Of a stretch of DNA of 64,000 nt, positions 61,830 through 64,000 are shown in pieces. This stretch comes from Owenia fusiformis (lineage: Eukaryota), in contig CAIIXF020000001.1 of NCBI GenBank assembly GCA_903813345.2, forward strand, positions 4,960,001 through 5,024,000. Reading direction: 5' to 3'. Each line of letters starts with the position of its first letter. Position 1 is the first letter of the stretch. Below the pieces are notes generated by a model. The model was not told the origin of the DNA and ran no database searches. It saw only the letters and a list, made by a program, of their open reading frames with translations. The translations under genes and the position numbers were made by a program.

Positions 61830-63598
61830 TGTTCCTTCAATAGAATAGATTCCATGGACATCATTGTTTTACAGTACTTTATCTACAAACTACCACGTAA
61901 ACTATACCGTCCAATACTTAAGATGTCACACAAACATTAATACCAATAAAATAAATAAATAAATATGGTTATATATTATTAGAATAAATACACTATTTTT
62001 ATACCCACTAATTATACCCTTGCACACAAGGCAACACTACAATACGATCTCTATCGCAAAATGTTGATTCCAGAGGAATGTTATTGACTTGGAATTAAAC
62101 TCAGTACAATAAATAAATTAAGGGAATGTTGACTTCAAATCATTCACGAATAAATTACAATTGCCTCCAGTATAAAAAATATGAATATTTTGTGACTTTA
62201 TTTGGCATGAGACAGATCGGGTAAATCTTGTAAAAGATTCTCAAAATCTTCTAAAAAGGATCCACCATGAAACAGAATGAGATGTTAAGTATCTAACGCC
62301 CTCTGCTCAACAAAGACCATATATGACCATATAAGGTGATCGACAAAGACCATATATGACCATATATAGAGGTTAATTTACTCCCGGTACAAATCTCATA
62401 ATTAACCAAGAGTTACACCAGGGACCGAGAATTCCTACGATCAAAAAGTTATTCTGATAAATCTTATAGATTCCAAAAAAACTTACGATTGTACGAATTA
62501 AAGTATATCCAGATCAATAAATCTGAAATCTTTTAGAATTGGAATAACACAAATTCGTGGCCCCAGGGGTGTTAGCTCTCATTTAGTATCCTTTTGTCCG
62601 ATGTTAGTAAGCTGGTAGTTGAGCGAAGTAGGCTTAATTATATTGCACCATTTACCTTTGGCTACCATGGAATCGGCATCTTGAACTTGAACAATAGATT
62701 CAATCCAGACATAATAACGCATATGTCATAAAGGGTGTACAAAAGTATATCTTAACATAATGGAATGCACATTTGAAATGATCAGTACATCTCAAAGCAT
62801 CACTGAGCTGGCGCACAGCCCCGGGAATTAATACGGCTTAATGGAACTAGTATAGTAGCATCCATATTTTAGGAACATGTGCGCCAAACTGTACATATTG
62901 TACATATTATTGTACATATTGTACATAATGCATGTATTAAACTGTTTCATTAAACAGTTGAAACACCAATATTTATGCATTCTGACTGAGACAATGGCCT
63001 TAAATAATACATTTGTACACAGGTAAAATATCTGTTTGCTAATTTTGTACACTGGTAAATGTCTGCTATGTTTAACGCCATATTGTTTTACAAAAACAAC
63101 ACAACAACAATCAACCTGCCACCAAATATAATAATGATATAACGTATATTACAAATTTTATCAAACAATTGATTGTGTGGACCAATCAATACATGACTAT
63201 CTTACCCGATTTGATTAACTATATTTTATATTACTTTTAATCTCTCGTTTTGCTTTTTGGCTGAATCGTGGCCAGTTTAGCCTATTGCACTTTACTGTTG
63301 TAAATGTGAATCTTATAAATAAAACTGATAGTTTTACATAGTTTATCAGATATTTTCTATCATGTATATAGAGGCACTTACTGCTGTACTTAAGTCAGCA
63401 TTTTTATATATATAAGCCATCTTCAAAGTTTTGAAGGTGCAGCATTAAGATTGCTATGTAATTTCTGTTAAAAAATCTGTAGCACCTTATAAAACGTTGA
63501 CCTCATATCTTCAATACGTCACATGACGTGATAAATATACTATACTAATTCCCGACCCTTTGTCTGTGGTTCTCACAAACAATGTTTTCTCCAGAGGT

Positions 63599-63780
63599 TC
63601 AGTTCTGCTGTTGGAGAAGGGTTTCAAGTTCGTCCGCTGACCGATATAGGAAGGCTGCCGACTCTCTGTAACCTGCGATCAGTTGTTTTATTGTTGCGAT
63701 CTCACTTGAGTTTAACTGGGTTTTGGAGGACGCTTGTGATTTCTTTATGCTCAAATCTGTTGGACCAGACACTGGGAGTC
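63599..63780 (-). CDS. NOL4: Last coding exon of a nucleolar protein 4-like gene (NOL4/NOL4L); the rest of the gene lies beyond the window
   Basis: C-terminus [34 protein letters not shown] closely matches the NOL4-family C-terminal motif as I recall it ([29 protein letters not shown]); acceptor ccattctag at 63781-63782. Confidence 0.88.
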
Positions 63781-64000
63781 CTAGAATGGCACAGCGAATA
63801 CATTCATTATATTTCACTACATTACAAATGCATGCATTACATACCATAATATTTAAACATTTTAATATCTTGAATATACCCCATCTAATGATCAGAAATT
63901 GAAATAATTCTATATTCTATTTAGTGATCCAAAAGAAGTCACAATTCTTTTATTCAACCCATCTCGCGGTTTTGATAAAATGTGTGTAACAATATGGATG

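Noticed and set aside
62889..62930. Four TGTACATA Pumilio-like elements in the NOL4 3' UTR region
   Set aside because: They read as Pumilio elements only on the plus strand, while the gene is on the minus strand; more likely a short 9-12-bp tandem repeat.

Overview
AT-rich, intron-containing eukaryotic DNA from an invertebrate animal. The gene families and transposon types suggest a lophotrochozoan (mollusc/annelid-like), but I cannot name the species. I assembled four protein-coding loci by hand using GT-AG junctions and reading-frame continuity. (1) A complete 8-exon SLC1A/EAAT glutamate-aspartate transporter (+, 7503-29499, 512 aa). (2) A 7-exon, ~1228-aa type-I membrane sialomucin with an acidic block and a small Cys-containing juxtamembrane domain, resembling podocalyxin/endoglycan in architecture (-, 41851-32205). 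(3) A 16-exon, ~920-aa NRF-6/OACYL-like acyltransferase-3 protein with several atypical motif residues (-, 49837-42836). (4) The last coding exon of a NOL4-like gene (-, 63780-63599). Introns and the 50-61 kb intergenic region are packed with non-autonomous DNA transposons: foldback/Mutator-like, PIF/Harbinger, Kolobok-like, Tc1/mariner, CAC-ended elements with 5-bp TSDs, and three Helentron-like HINE copies, one carrying a 1.8-kb satellite. Most notable: the unusual sialomucin, divergent active-site regions in the transporter and acyltransferase, a nested inverted-repeat complex at 53.3-58.9 kb, and an orphan promoter-like motif cluster between convergent genes at ~31.1 kb. No prokaryotic-type system, CRISPR array or rRNA is visible. 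All family calls come from motif recognition, not database searches.
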